Notes: generated by a model from the letters alone, not told the origin. A stretch of 64,000 nucleotides of DNA from an uncultured Chloroflexia bacterium (GCA_963727315.1 CAVSFE010000002.1:279723-343722); one strand, 5' to 3'. Counted from the stretch's first letter, positions 8,864-19,001 are shown. Program-made: numbers and translations.

Positions 8864-10411
8864 GTGAGAGTGACAGCACCAACCAATTTAAAGTCGTTGC
8901 TGGCGGACACCGCCCGGCGTCGCGGCGGAAAGACCGCCATCGTCATGGGCGAGCGGCGCGTTACCTTCGCCGAGCTGGAAGCGGATTCCAATCGCGTCGC
9001 CCGAGCCCTGTTAAAAATGGGAGTGAAAAAAGGCGACCGCGTGGCGATGATACAGGCCAGCAACCCGGAATTCGTCAATATTTTCTTTGGGATAATCAAA
9101 GCCGGGGGCATCGCCGTGCCGCTCGATTCCCGTTACGTCCCCGACGAGCTCGCCAGCCTCTTTGACGACTGCCGTCCGCGGGTGCTGGTCGTCGAAGACC
9201 CGCCCTTAGAGTCGTTGCTGCCGGCCCTGCCGCAGTTCGATACCATCGAGCACATTATCACCGTCAATACGGAACGCGACGGGCGATTTACCAGCTACCG
9301 GGAAATCCTGGCGAAAAATCCGCCGGAAAAAGTCGATGTCCCCGTCGATCCGGAAGATATCGCCATAATATCCTACACCGGCGGCCCCACCCTCAAGCCG
9401 CACGGCGTGGCGCTGTCCCACCGGAGCGTCTGCACCGAGGTCGTCAACTCCGCCGCGACCATGGCCCAGACGGACAAAGACGTGATGATGCAGTTCGCCC
9501 TGCCCATGTACCACCAGTTCGGCCTGACGGCCGTGCTGCTGTCCTCGATACATACAGGCAATTCCCTGGTGGTGGTGCCGGGAACGGGGCGGTCGATAGA
9601 CAGCTTCATGGAGGCGGTCGAGAGGGAAAAAGGCACCATCTACTGCGGCGTTCCCTACATATATTCCCTGATGACGAACGTCGCCCGACGCGAGGGCATC
9701 AGGTACGATTTAAACTCGTTGCGTCTCTGGGTCAGCGGCGGCGCGCCCCTGGAACCCGCCGTCATCCGCCTTTTCAAACAGCACTGCGGCTTCAACATCA
9801 TCGACGTCTACGGGCAGACCGAGACCGTCTGCCACATCACGATGATGCCCAGGGACGGTTCGGGCCCGGCAGGCTCATCGGGCAAGGCGTTGCCCTGCTG
9901 GGAGATAAAAATCTTCGATAAAAACGATAACGGGCTGCCCCCCGGCGAGGAGGGAGAAATCGTGACGCGGGGTCCGGTGATGACCGGCTTCTGGAACAAG
10001 CCGGACGCCACCGCCCGCATCATGAGAAACGGCTGGCTGCATACCGGCGATATCGGCCGGATGGACGCGGAGGGATTTTTATACATTACGGGTCGGATAA
10101 GGAGGATGCTCATCCTGAAGGGCCAGAATATCTTCCCCGCCGACATCGAGGAGGTCCTCTGTTCCCATCCCGCGATAGCCGAGGCCAGAGTGATGGGGGA
10201 CATCGACCTGGTGCGGGGGGAAACGGTCAAAGCCCTGGTAAAGCTGAAGCCGGACGCCCGGGCCACCGAGCAGGAAATAAGGCAGTTCTGCCAGGGACGC
10301 ATGGCCGACTATAAGCTGCCGCGGGAAATAGAGTTCGTGGCGACCATGCCGGAAGAGATACCGCTTTGGAGGCGGCCGGCCGGCGCTGAAATAGCCGACC
10401 TCACGCCATGA
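8864..10411 (+). CDS. AMP-dependent synthetase/ligase (acyl-CoA synthetase family)
   Basis: 515-aa ORF with adenylate-forming motifs: YTGGPTLKPHGV (P-loop-like), VYGQTET, TGDIGRMD, and C-terminal KLPREIEFV. Confidence 0.9.
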   Translation: MRVTAPTNLKSLLADTARRRGGKTAIVMGERRVTFAELEADSNRVARALLKMGVKKGDRVAMIQASNPEFVNIFFGIIKAGGIAVPLDSRYVPDELASLFDDCRPRVLVVEDPPLESLLPALPQFDTIEHIITVNTERDGRFTSYREILAKNPPEKVDVPVDPEDIAIISYTGGPTLKPHGVALSHRSVCTEVVNSAATMAQTDKDVMMQFALPMYHQFGLTAVLLSSIHTGNSLVVVPGTGRSIDSFMEAVEREKGTIYCGVPYIYSLMTNVARREGIRYDLNSLRLWVSGGAPLEPAVIRLFKQHCGFNIIDVYGQTETVCHITMMPRDGSGPAGSSGKALPCWEIKIFDKNDNGLPPGEEGEIVTRGPVMTGFWNKPDATARIMRNGWLHTGDIGRMDAEGFLYITGRIRRMLILKGQNIFPADIEEVLCSHPAIAEARVMGDIDLVRGETVKALVKLKPDARATEQEIRQFCQGRMADYKLPREIEFVATMPEEIPLWRRPAGAEIADLTP

Positions 10412-10742
10412 TGAACAGGCTGGCGTTCCAGACCACGATGACGCCGTAGCCGCCCACCGCAATCCAGGTGGCGATGGACGCCAGTTTCGGAAAACGCCGG
10501 TAGATATCCCAGAGAATCAGGGCGCAGAGCAGCGCGCCGAATACCTTGAGCAACATGAAGCCGAGGTCACCGACCAGCGGCTGCAGGAAGGGATTAATCT
10601 CGCGCGCCGCGCCCCGTTTGATAAGCAGCTCGGTCAGCAGGCCGTCCAGGACAACGAAAAATATCAGCGTCCCGAGGAGGACTTTCATCCTGGTTCGACC
10701 CACCGGCGAAAATAGCCTCATCATATAGGTATATCCGTTCAA
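10401..10742 (-). CDS. Small integral membrane protein (DUF5658-like)
   Basis: Hydrophobic ORF with 3-4 predicted helices and an ...GAAREINPF... segment that I recall from DUF5658 proteins. The start is uncertain; MKVLLG at about 10688 is also possible. Confidence 0.55.
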   Translation of the reverse strand: MNGYTYMMRLFSPVGRTRMKVLLGTLIFFVVLDGLLTELLIKRGAAREINPFLQPLVGDLGFMLLKVFGALLCALILWDIYRRFPKLASIATWIAVGGYGVIVVWNASLFIMA

Positions 10743-10812
10743 CTAGACGATAACATTGAGTAACGAAGGCAGGACGCGGAAACGCGCCGGCACCTCGCCC
10801 AGAAGCTCGCCG

Positions 10813-11661
10813 TCAGCCTGCAGACTGCATCCGGCCGCCCCGGCATTCGACCTCGATTTCTTTGGCCCTTTTCATGGCGACCTTGGGGTGGGTCAGGTGC
10901 GTGCCTTTATAGATGCGCGGCAGCGACCTGAGGAGGTCGGGCTTGCTCATGTCGCCGATAATCAACACGTCGAGCCAGCCATCGGCGAGGTCGGCACCGG
11001 GAGCGGCGAACATCCCGCCGCCGCCGTATTTGCCGTTGTTCATAATCACCGCGCAGACCCGCCTCTCCAGCAGCTCGCCGTCCAATTTCAGGGAAATATC
11101 TTTATTGCGGTAAGCCACCAGCGTGACGAGCAGTCCCATCAAATAGGCGGGCAGGCTGCCCAGAGCTTTAAACTGCCGGGTGGTGCGCCGGACTATCTCG
11201 GCGTCAAAGCCAAAGCCGGAGAAGTTAACGAAGAGACGCTGTTTAAGACTCCCATTGTCCGTGTACTCGACAACACCCAGGTCGACGGTGCGCCTTCTCG
11301 GCTGCAGGAGACAGCGGCAGGCGTCCTCATAGCGGCGGGGGACGCCCACGGTGCGGATATAGTCGCTGCCGGTCCCCGTGCTGACGATGCCCAGCGCGAT
11401 GTCCCTGATATTGCCCGAGGCGTACAGGCCATTGACGACCTCGTTGATGGTGCCGTCGCCGCCGACCGAAACGACCGTATCATAGCCGTTGCTGGCCGCC
11501 GCTTTAGCCAGCTCAATGGCGTGCCCCGGCGCTTCGGTGATTTCATGCTCGAAGCGCAGGCCGCTCGCCCGGAACAGGCCCATTATCCGCGGCCATTCCC
11601 GGCGGGTACGGCCGGCGCCGGCTACGGGATTAACGATGACCTTAGCGTACGGCGAATTCAT
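10813..11661 (-). CDS. Diacylglycerol/lipid kinase family protein (YegS/BmrU-like)
   Basis: NPVAGAGRTRREW near the N-terminus and VVSVGGDGTINEVVNGL (the GGDGT motif). Confidence 0.9.
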   Translation of the reverse strand: MNSPYAKVIVNPVAGAGRTRREWPRIMGLFRASGLRFEHEITEAPGHAIELAKAAASNGYDTVVSVGGDGTINEVVNGLYASGNIRDIALGIVSTGTGSDYIRTVGVPRRYEDACRCLLQPRRRTVDLGVVEYTDNGSLKQRLFVNFSGFGFDAEIVRRTTRQFKALGSLPAYLMGLLVTLVAYRNKDISLKLDGELLERRVCAVIMNNGKYGGGGMFAAPGADLADGWLDVLIIGDMSKPDLLRSLPRIYKGTHLTHPKVAMKRAKEIEVECRGGRMQSAG

Positions 11662-11807
11662 TTAACTCCCGTAAGAGCATTCCATGAGCCCACGGTCCGT
11701 CAACAGTATATTACCATAAAGTAAGATTAAAGTTAGATTAAAGTTAGTATAAGGTGAGTAAATACCAATTTCGTATTAAGTTATCATAATAATTGTATAA
11801 AGCTTTT

Positions 11808-14273
11808 TCAGCTCCACTCGCCGGCCCCGGTCCAGACCCGCGCCATCTCCTGTCCCAGCCGCCGGTTTTCCGCCCTCTCCAGCGCAGGGTCGGACTGAAA
11901 GAGCTTAACGGCTTCACGGCGGGCCAGCTCCAGCAGGGCGACATCCGAGATTCTGGCCATGCGGAGGTCGGGCAAGCCGCTCTGGCGCGTGCCGAAGAAC
12001 TCGCCCGGGCCCCGCATCTTGAGGTCGGCCTCGGCGAGCTTGAAACCGTCCTGCATGTTTTCGATTATGTCAAGTCGCTCCCGGGCGACTTCAGAAGGAT
12101 TTTCCGCCAGCAGCATGCAGTAGCTCTGCTCTTTGCCCCGCCCCACCCGACCGCGGAACTGGTGGAGCTGCGATAGCCCGAAGCGGTCGGCGCTCTCGAC
12201 GAGCATGACCGTGGCATTGGGGATATCGATGCCTACCTCGATGACCGGCGTCGAGACCAGGATATCCAGGTTGCCGGCGCGGAATTCCGCCATGGCCCTG
12301 TCCTTCTCCGCCGCCGACAGCCGGCCGTGTAAAAGCCCCAGGCGCAGGTCGGGGAAGACGTCCTGCGAAAGGCGCTCGTACTCAACGACGGCCGCCTGAG
12401 CGGCGATGGCTTCCGACTCCTCGATAAGGGGGCAGAGGATAAAAGCCTGGCGCCCGGCGGCCACCTGCTTGCGCAGGAAGGCATAGGCGCTGTCCCGCTG
12501 CCCCGGCTTCAGCCACTTGGTCTTGACCATCTGTCGGCCCGGCGGCAGCTCGTCAATGACCGAGAGGTCGAGGTCGCCGTAGAGCGTGAGCGCCAGCGTG
12601 CGGGGGATGGGGGTGGCGGTCATGACCAGCATGTGGGGGCTGAACCCCTTTTCGCGCAGGGCCGAGCGCTGCTCCACGCCGAAGCGGTGCTGCTCGTCAA
12701 CGACCGCCAGACCCAGCTTATGGAACGCGACCCCCTTCTGGACGAGGGCGTGCGTGCCGATGGCGATATCGATATCGCCCTGTTTTATCTGCTTCTGGAG
12801 CTGTTTCTTGCCGGCCTGCCGTATATCGCCGATGAGCAGTGCCACCTTGAGAGGACGCGACAATATACCTTTATAGCTTTTTAAATAGCCCTCGCCCTCC
12901 TCGCCGCCCAGCCGCGATAAAAGCTGGCCGACGGTGGCGAAATGCTGCTCGGCGAGGATTTCGGTGGGAGCCATGAAAGCCCCCTGGAAACCGCTGGCGG
13001 CGGCCATCAGCAGGGCTGCCGTGGCGACCACCGTCTTGCCGCTGCCCACCTCCCCCTGCAAGAGCCGGCTCATCGGCTGGTTTTTCGAAAGGTCGGCCAT
13101 GATTTCTTTGAGGACCTTATCCTGGGCGGGGGTCAGGGTAAAGGGGAGCGACTTTAAAAATCTGTCCAGCACCGGCGCTTTTACGTCGATGGGACAGCCC
13201 GGCTGACCTTCCTGCCAGTCGCGTTTTTTCGTCATCACGCCCAGCTGAAGCAGAAAAAGCTCGTCGAAAGCCAGTCGGACGCGGGCCCTGTCTTTGGTCG
13301 TAACGTCGTCCGGATAGTGCGCCTGGATGATGGCCGCCGGCAGCTCCAGGAGATTGAGTCGGCGGCGCAGCTCGTCCGGTAGAAAGTCCGTCACCTGCGG
13401 GGCCCATCGATCGATGAAGCCCTTCATCAAGCGGCGGACCTGGCGCGGCCGCAGTCCGTGGGTCAAGGGATACACCGGCACCAGCCTGGCGGTGTGGACC
13501 AGGTCCTGGCCTTCCTCAAGCTCCCACTCCGGCGAGAGAAAGACATGGCGGCCTTTAAACAGGCTGACCCGGCCGCTCAGCATGATGCGGGCGTTGGTGG
13601 TCAGCTTCTTCGCCAGGTAAGGCTGGTTGAACCAGACCACCCGGATATTGCCCGTCTCGTCGCCGACGATGGCCTCGGTGCTGCGCCGGCCGCCCGGGCG
13701 CGACTCAAACGCCTGCCAGACATTCGCCACGATGGTCTGCTCCTCGCCCTCAGTAAGCTGGGAGATGAACTTCAACTGGCTGTAGTCGAGGTGGCGGTGG
13801 GGGAAAAAGTAGAGGAGGTCGCGCACGGTCTTCACGCCCATTTTTCCGAAGCTGGTCGAGAGCCCGGTGCTAATGCCTTTAACGACAGTAATCGGGGCGT
13901 TTAGGGCGTCTACCTCGGCCGAACTTTTTTTTACTTTCGATAACACCGGTTTTGATACAGGCGATATCCCTTTTTGGCGCGGAGGTTTGGGGACAACGGC
14001 CGGTGATGTGGAAACTTTATTTTCCTTTTCTAAACCGTCCAGAAAGCTCAAGACGTCCCGCGCCCACGCCCGGCGCTTCTCGGCGTCCATCGAGGCATAG
14101 TTCAAGCTGAAAAGCTGGCGGAAGCGTTTCACGAGTGAGGCGACGGGCAAAGCCTCGGCGGCCGGACCGGACCAGTTGCGCAGGAATTTGTCCAGCCCGC
14201 CGAAGACGGCGGTATCGTTATAACCCCTCTTCTCTTCGAGGGAGAGGACTTTACGGAGGGCTTCGGCGTTCAT
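11808..14273 (-). CDS. recG: ATP-dependent DNA helicase RecG
   Basis: 821-aa ORF. It has the wedge-domain region (LLYFFPHRH), Walker A GEVGSGKT, the DEQHRFG box and helicase C motifs (QLHQFRGRVGRG). An N-terminal extension of ~130 aa precedes the usual RecG core. Confidence 0.95.
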   Translation of the reverse strand: MNAEALRKVLSLEEKRGYNDTAVFGGLDKFLRNWSGPAAEALPVASLVKRFRQLFSLNYASMDAEKRRAWARDVLSFLDGLEKENKVSTSPAVVPKPPRQKGISPVSKPVLSKVKKSSAEVDALNAPITVVKGISTGLSTSFGKMGVKTVRDLLYFFPHRHLDYSQLKFISQLTEGEEQTIVANVWQAFESRPGGRRSTEAIVGDETGNIRVVWFNQPYLAKKLTTNARIMLSGRVSLFKGRHVFLSPEWELEEGQDLVHTARLVPVYPLTHGLRPRQVRRLMKGFIDRWAPQVTDFLPDELRRRLNLLELPAAIIQAHYPDDVTTKDRARVRLAFDELFLLQLGVMTKKRDWQEGQPGCPIDVKAPVLDRFLKSLPFTLTPAQDKVLKEIMADLSKNQPMSRLLQGEVGSGKTVVATAALLMAAASGFQGAFMAPTEILAEQHFATVGQLLSRLGGEEGEGYLKSYKGILSRPLKVALLIGDIRQAGKKQLQKQIKQGDIDIAIGTHALVQKGVAFHKLGLAVVDEQHRFGVEQRSALREKGFSPHMLVMTATPIPRTLALTLYGDLDLSVIDELPPGRQMVKTKWLKPGQRDSAYAFLRKQVAAGRQAFILCPLIEESEAIAAQAAVVEYERLSQDVFPDLRLGLLHGRLSAAEKDRAMAEFRAGNLDILVSTPVIEVGIDIPNATVMLVESADRFGLSQLHQFRGRVGRGKEQSYCMLLAENPSEVARERLDIIENMQDGFKLAEADLKMRGPGEFFGTRQSGLPDLRMARISDVALLELARREAVKLFQSDPALERAENRRLGQEMARVWTGAGEWS

Positions 14274-14361
14274 CTGGCATTATTATAACAATAACCAATA
14301 ACCAAGATACAATGACCAAACGGGAAGTTGCCAGTTCATTGAGGTGTCTAAGAGGGGCTTT

Positions 14362-15201
14362 TTATTTATCGCCGAGGACAGCCACCAGCAGCAGGCCGGG
14401 GCCGGTGTGCGTGCCGATGACCGGCGTGGTGCGGGAGCGGAGAATTTTTTCTTTGGGAAAGATGGCGCCCAGACGCTCCACCATGCGGTCAACGTCCTGA
14501 GGGCAGGCAGCCCCTTCTACGGCCAGCCCTTCGATATGCGAATAGCCGGCGGCGAAGTCGAAAAGGGCATCAATCGCCCTGGAACGTGAGCGCGCCCGGC
14601 CGGCCGGCTCGACCACGCCGTCTTTTAAAGTGATGATGGGGTTCACCCTCAGCACCGACCCCATGAAGGCCTGCGCCCGGCCGATGCGCCCGCCCCTTTT
14701 CAGATATTCCAGCGTGTCGAAAGCCGCGTGCATCTCCACGCGCGGTATGGTCTGACGGACGATTTCCAGTATTTCGTCGAGGGTGGCGCCGTCCCGCGCC
14801 GCCTGCGCCGCTTTGATGACGATAAACCCCTGCGCCATGACGGCTTGCCCGGAATCCACCACTACGATGCGGCAGCCGCCTTCGATAAGGTCGGCGCTCT
14901 GACGGGCGGCGTTATAGAGGCCGCTCAGCTTGGCGCTGAGCATGATGACCAGGATTTCATCCGTCTCCTGGGCGAGCCTGGCATAGGTCCTGGCGAACAG
15001 GTCGAGTGAAGGCACCGAAGTGGTCGGCATGACCTTGCTGGTGGCCAGCCTCGCGTAGAACTGGTCGGTGGTCATGTCGATGCCGTCCCGGTAGGTCTCC
15101 TCACCGAAGCGGAGAAGGACTGGGATGACCGTGATGTCCAGCTCCTGAACGATATCGGGAGGGATATCAGAGACGCTATCGGTGATGATTTTTACTGTCA
15201 T
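14362..15201 (-). CDS. DegV family fatty-acid-binding protein (FakB-like), copy 1
   Basis: MTVKIITDSVSDIP...TSVPS...LSGLYN...DSGQAVMAQG...YLKRGGRIG is the DegV pattern. I chose the ATG at 15201; the extension to 15318 overlaps the next gene. Confidence 0.9.
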   Translation of the reverse strand: MTVKIITDSVSDIPPDIVQELDITVIPVLLRFGEETYRDGIDMTTDQFYARLATSKVMPTTSVPSLDLFARTYARLAQETDEILVIMLSAKLSGLYNAARQSADLIEGGCRIVVVDSGQAVMAQGFIVIKAAQAARDGATLDEILEIVRQTIPRVEMHAAFDTLEYLKRGGRIGRAQAFMGSVLRVNPIITLKDGVVEPAGRARSRSRAIDALFDFAAGYSHIEGLAVEGAACPQDVDRMVERLGAIFPKEKILRSRTTPVIGTHTGPGLLLVAVLGDK

Positions 15202-15265
15202 AGCAAAAAAACGCCACCTGGGTAAATATTCGGGAATAATTATAATTATTCGTAGATGCCGGCAT

Positions 15266-16111
15266 CTACTTCTTTTCCGCTTCGAGAATGGTGAGGGCGA
15301 GGGCATTGGGCCCGGCATATGTCCCGATGACCGGGCTGATTACCGCACGGTAGATTTTCTCTTTGGGGAAAATTGAGCCGATCCGCGCCACGAGGGCATC
15401 GGCGTCGTCAGGCGTGGTGGCGTGTTCGACGGCCAGCCCTTCGATATTTTTATATCCGGCGACTAAATTATAAAGATAGTCCAGGCCGGCGCTCATCGAC
15501 CGCACCCTGGTCAGTGGTGCCATCTCGCCGTCTTTCACCGTTAGTATTGGCTTGACGGACAGCACCGAGCCAAGGAGCCCCTGCGCCTTGCCGATGCGCC
15601 CGCCCTTGGCAAGGTATTTAAGCGTATCGAAATAGGCGATTAAGTGGGAACGGGGCGCCGCTTGGCGCGCCATCTCCGCCACCGCGGCCAGATTGGCACC
15701 TTCTTTGACCTTCCTGGCGGCGGACAGCACGATGAGCCCCTCCGCCATCGCCACGGTCTGCGAATCAACGATCTCGATGCGGCACTTCCCTTTCACATAG
15801 TCCTTGGCCTGCGTGGCCGATTGATAGGTGCCGCTCAGCTTGCTGGAGACGACAATGACCAGTATCTCGTCGGTCTCCTGGGCCAGTTTCTGATAGACCT
15901 CGGCAAAATCGTGGGGCGTGGGCTGGGTGGTGGAAGGCAGGACCGGCTCGTTGACCAGCCGGCGGTAAAAGTCCTCGCTGGTAATTTCCACCCGGTCGCG
16001 GTATATCTGTTTGCCGAAGCGCACGTAGAGCGGCACCACGGTGAGCCCCGTCTCTTTAGCGAGGTCGCCGGTGATATCGGAAAGGGTATCCGTCACTATC
16101 TTCACGGCCAT
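15266..16111 (-). CDS. DegV family fatty-acid-binding protein (FakB-like), copy 2
   Basis: MAVKIVTDTLSDI...TTQPT...LSGTYQ...YLAKGGRIGKA. It is a paralog of the adjacent DegV gene. Confidence 0.9.
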   Translation of the reverse strand: MAVKIVTDTLSDITGDLAKETGLTVVPLYVRFGKQIYRDRVEITSEDFYRRLVNEPVLPSTTQPTPHDFAEVYQKLAQETDEILVIVVSSKLSGTYQSATQAKDYVKGKCRIEIVDSQTVAMAEGLIVLSAARKVKEGANLAAVAEMARQAAPRSHLIAYFDTLKYLAKGGRIGKAQGLLGSVLSVKPILTVKDGEMAPLTRVRSMSAGLDYLYNLVAGYKNIEGLAVEHATTPDDADALVARIGSIFPKEKIYRAVISPVIGTYAGPNALALTILEAEKK

Positions 16112-16128
16112 GCCCGGGCACCACCTTT

Positions 16129-17763
16129 CTATTCCACGGAAATGATGTAGCTGTAATGCGGCTGGCCGCCGCGGATGACCTCGACCTGCAGCTTCGGGTA
16201 CTGCCCGGTAATGCTGGCGCTGATTTCCTCGGCCTCGGCGGCTTCGACTTCATCCCCGTAGTAGATGGTGACCACCTCGGCCTCGTCCATGTCGAGCCGG
16301 GAGAAAAGCTGGTTGACCACCTCGAGGTCGGTATCTCCGACGGCGATAAGCTCGCCGTCGAGGAGGCCGATGGGCTGTTTACGGCGGATTTTCAGGCCGT
16401 TTATCTGGGTGGCGCGCACGGAGCGTGTTATCTCGATGGTCTTTACCGACGTCAGCGCCTTGGCCATAATTTCGGCGTTGGCTTTAAAATCGGCTTCGTA
16501 GTCGAAAGCCAGCAGCGCCACGACGCCCTGCGGGATGGTGCGCGTGGGCACGACTTTGATTTTCTTCTGGGTGAGGGCCTGCACCTGGTTAGCGGTGGCG
16601 ATGATGTTTTTATTGTTGGGGAGGATAATCACGTTATCCGAGGGGGTGGCTTCGACGGTCTGGAGGATGTCCTTGGTGCTGGGGTTCATCGTTTGTCCGC
16701 CGGGTACTACGGCGGCGGCGCCCAGAGAGCCGAAGACGTCTTTCAGGCCGTCCCCGGAGGCCACGGCGATGACGGCGGTATCGGTGGTGGGCATTTTTTC
16801 CTTCTGCATTTCCAGGAAGTCCTGGTGCTGCTCGTCCATGTTGCGGATGCTGACCTGGTGCAGCGTGCCCAGCTTGGTGGCCAGGGAGATGATGTTGCCG
16901 GGCGTGAGGGTATGGATATGGATGCGCACCGCCGCGTCGTCCCCGACGACAATCAGCGATTCGCCCTTCTTTTCCAGCCGCTTGCGAATCTCTTCCGGGT
17001 CGAGGTCCTCTCCTTTTAAGAGGAACTCGGTGCAGTAGCCGTAGGGCACCTCGTCGATGCCCGAGACCTGCAGCAGAGGAGCGGTATAGGGCAGCTCGCT
17101 GACGATTATCTGCGGTTTGCGGAGGCGCATCTGCTCCGTCTCGCCCTTGAGGTAGCGTAACGCTCCCTCCAAAAGCGTGTAAATGCCCTGACCGCCGGCA
17201 TCGACGACGCCGGCATCTTTCAGCACTTTAAGGAGACGGGGCGTATTGGCCACCGATTCCCCGGCGGCTTCGACCACCGCTTCCAGCACCTGGATGATAT
17301 CGTCGTTGCCTTCATCTATCTGCGCCCGGGCGGCCCTGGCCGCGTCGTGGATGACCGTGAGCATCGTCCCTTCCACCGGGTTGCTCACCCCTTTATAGGC
17401 GGTCTGCGCCGATTTCTCCAGGGCATCGGCCAACTCGGAGGCATTGAAGACCTCCTTGTCCTCCAGCCCCTGCGCCAGGCCGCGCCATATCTGGGAGAGG
17501 ATAACGCCGCTGTTGCCCCGCGCCCCCATCAGCGCGCCCTTGGCCATGGCATGGGCGACGCCGGCGGCGCTGTGGTCAGGGGCGCGGTAGGCTTCTTCCA
17601 TCGTGGAACGCATGGTGAGCATCATGTTCGTGCCGGTGTCACCGTCCGGCACGGGAAAGACATTAAGGGCATCGATGTCTGCAGAACTCTTTTCCAGCCA
17701 GGACGTAGCCGCGGAAAACATGTCCCTGAGCTCCTGACCGGCGACAATGCTTGTTTTACTCAT
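16129..17763 (-). CDS. DAK2 domain-containing protein (YloV/FakA-like, fatty acid kinase ATP-binding subunit)
   Basis: 544-aa ORF. The N-terminal DhaL/DAK2 region reads NVFPVPDGDTGTNM...ARGNSGVILSQ. The length and architecture match YloV/FakA, and it is adjacent to two DegV genes and divergent from rpmB, as in Firmicutes. Confidence 0.85.
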   Translation of the reverse strand: MSKTSIVAGQELRDMFSAATSWLEKSSADIDALNVFPVPDGDTGTNMMLTMRSTMEEAYRAPDHSAAGVAHAMAKGALMGARGNSGVILSQIWRGLAQGLEDKEVFNASELADALEKSAQTAYKGVSNPVEGTMLTVIHDAARAARAQIDEGNDDIIQVLEAVVEAAGESVANTPRLLKVLKDAGVVDAGGQGIYTLLEGALRYLKGETEQMRLRKPQIIVSELPYTAPLLQVSGIDEVPYGYCTEFLLKGEDLDPEEIRKRLEKKGESLIVVGDDAAVRIHIHTLTPGNIISLATKLGTLHQVSIRNMDEQHQDFLEMQKEKMPTTDTAVIAVASGDGLKDVFGSLGAAAVVPGGQTMNPSTKDILQTVEATPSDNVIILPNNKNIIATANQVQALTQKKIKVVPTRTIPQGVVALLAFDYEADFKANAEIMAKALTSVKTIEITRSVRATQINGLKIRRKQPIGLLDGELIAVGDTDLEVVNQLFSRLDMDEAEVVTIYYGDEVEAAEAEEISASITGQYPKLQVEVIRGGQPHYSYIISVE

Positions 17764-17818
17764 TTACACCGCCTTCCCGGACTGCCTGCCCGGATTAGCT
17801 TCGGCGATAGGGCATTTC

Positions 17819-17847
17819 TTGCTAATCTCGCGGCATTATGATACTAT
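17819..17847 (+). promoter_or_regulatory. Sigma-70-type promoter with extended -10 (TTGCTA-N17-TGaTACTAT) for rpmB
   Basis: TTGCTA at 17819..17824, a 17-nt spacer ending in TGA, and TACTAT at 17842..17847, 54 nt upstream of the rpmB start. Confidence 0.5.
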
Positions 17848-17901
17848 GTATTTAAGCGATTTGCAATAGGCCAGCTACAAAAATCAAGGAGTCGGAGAGA
17901 A

Positions 17902-18087
17902 TTGAAGTGCGATTTATGCGGCAAAACGCCGCTTTTCGGCCATAACGTCAGTCACTCCAAGCGCCACACCAACCGGCGCTGGACGCCCAACATTCATCCC
18001 GCTACGATATATATCGACGGCAAGGCCAGGCACCTCAACCTGTGCACCCGGTGCCTGCGCACGCAGCACAAGGCCGCTAAAGCCTAG
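17902..18087 (+). CDS. rpmB: 50S ribosomal protein L28
   Basis: The 61-aa ORF reads KCDLCGKTPLFGHNVSHSKRHTNRRWTPN, the L28 signature. It has a TTG start preceded by AAGGAG. Confidence 0.9.
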   Translation: MKCDLCGKTPLFGHNVSHSKRHTNRRWTPNIHPATIYIDGKARHLNLCTRCLRTQHKAAKA

Positions 18088-18152
18088 TCCGGCCGGCACC
18101 GCGTTTCCCCATCGCTCCTCGTCAATCGCCAGAACCCGATGCTTCAGCATAG

Positions 18153-19001
18153 CTAAGCCAGTTGCCTCCGCCGACTTATCAAGACACTCCCCGCGAGCCC
18201 CACGACAAGATAGATGAGCATGCCCCATATCGCCATAGGGATGGTCAGCATGCCGAAACTCCCCACATTGCCACCTCCGAAGGGCCCCCCGCCCCCTCCA
18301 AAGCCCAGTCCCTGCATAAGTTCCCGTAGACTCCCGTAAGGCAGGGTGACGCTGTCTCCACCGGCGGATATCATGAACCAGTAGGGGTTACTGGTAAAGG
18401 CCAGGATGCTTTCCACGATATTGGACAGCACCCAGATAAAGAGCAGGGTAATCACCGTGGCCCCCATCGAGCCCTTGGATATGGCGCTGAATAAAAAGGT
18501 CAGCGAAAGCACGGCCGCGGCATACAGCAGGCACAGGCCGAGCGAGCCGAATATCTGGATGGGAACTTCGTGATAAATCGCCGCGAGGGCGATAGCCATG
18601 ACCACGTAGGTGAAAATAATCAGCAGCCCCACCGCCAGCAGGCCAGCCAGGTATTTCCCCGTCCAGAGCGTTATCCGCCTGATGGGGTTGGTGAATAGAA
18701 TAAAGCCCGTTTTGCTTTCGTATTCGCCGGCGATGGCGTCCCCGGCGAAAAAGACGGAGCCAATGGCCGCCAGGCTCGCGCCGAAGGTCAATATCACCGC
18801 CATGAGCATCACACCCCTTATCACCACGCCGCCTATAATCTTATCCTTCGGGAAGCCGCCGGTCATCAAGGTCGGGACCAGGATAAGGGCCAGCGCCTCG
18901 GCGGCCAGGGCGATGGCCATGATAATGTAGAGCCGCCGCCGCCTGATATGCTTGAGGAACTCGTACATCATAACCACTCTTAGCTTATCAAATTCTATCA
19001 C
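18153..19001 (-). CDS. ABC-2 type transporter permease
   Basis: 282-aa polytopic ORF of about 6 helices. It overlaps the upstream ATPase gene by 14 nt. Confidence 0.75.
   Translation of the reverse strand: MIEFDKLRVVMMYEFLKHIRRRRLYIIMAIALAAEALALILVPTLMTGGFPKDKIIGGVVIRGVMLMAVILTFGASLAAIGSVFFAGDAIAGEYESKTGFILFTNPIRRITLWTGKYLAGLLAVGLLIIFTYVVMAIALAAIYHEVPIQIFGSLGLCLLYAAAVLSLTFLFSAISKGSMGATVITLLFIWVLSNIVESILAFTSNPYWFMISAGGDSVTLPYGSLRELMQGLGFGGGGGPFGGGNVGSFGMLTIPMAIWGMLIYLVVGLAGSVLISRRRQLA

Noticed and set aside
10756-11724. Long ORFs antisense to well-supported genes. Examples are 427..1080(+), 6082..6873(-), 10756..11724(+), 16156..17019(+), 36239..37279(+), 44262..45092(+), 52177..53427(-) and 56205..57077(+).
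   Set aside because: They fully overlap genes with clear family motifs on the other strand. They are rich in Arg/Gly/Pro/Ala, as expected for shadow frames in GC-rich DNA, and show no recognisable motifs or RBS.
11719-11750. Short tandem repeats: AGATTAAAGTT x2 at 11726..11747, GTGAGGTTTAAA x2 at 42730..42755, and AGATGTATTTT x2 at 50643 and 50660.
   Set aside because: There are only two units each, in AT-rich spacers. That is too little evidence to assign a function. The 50.6-kb pair is mentioned under the 23S leader finding.
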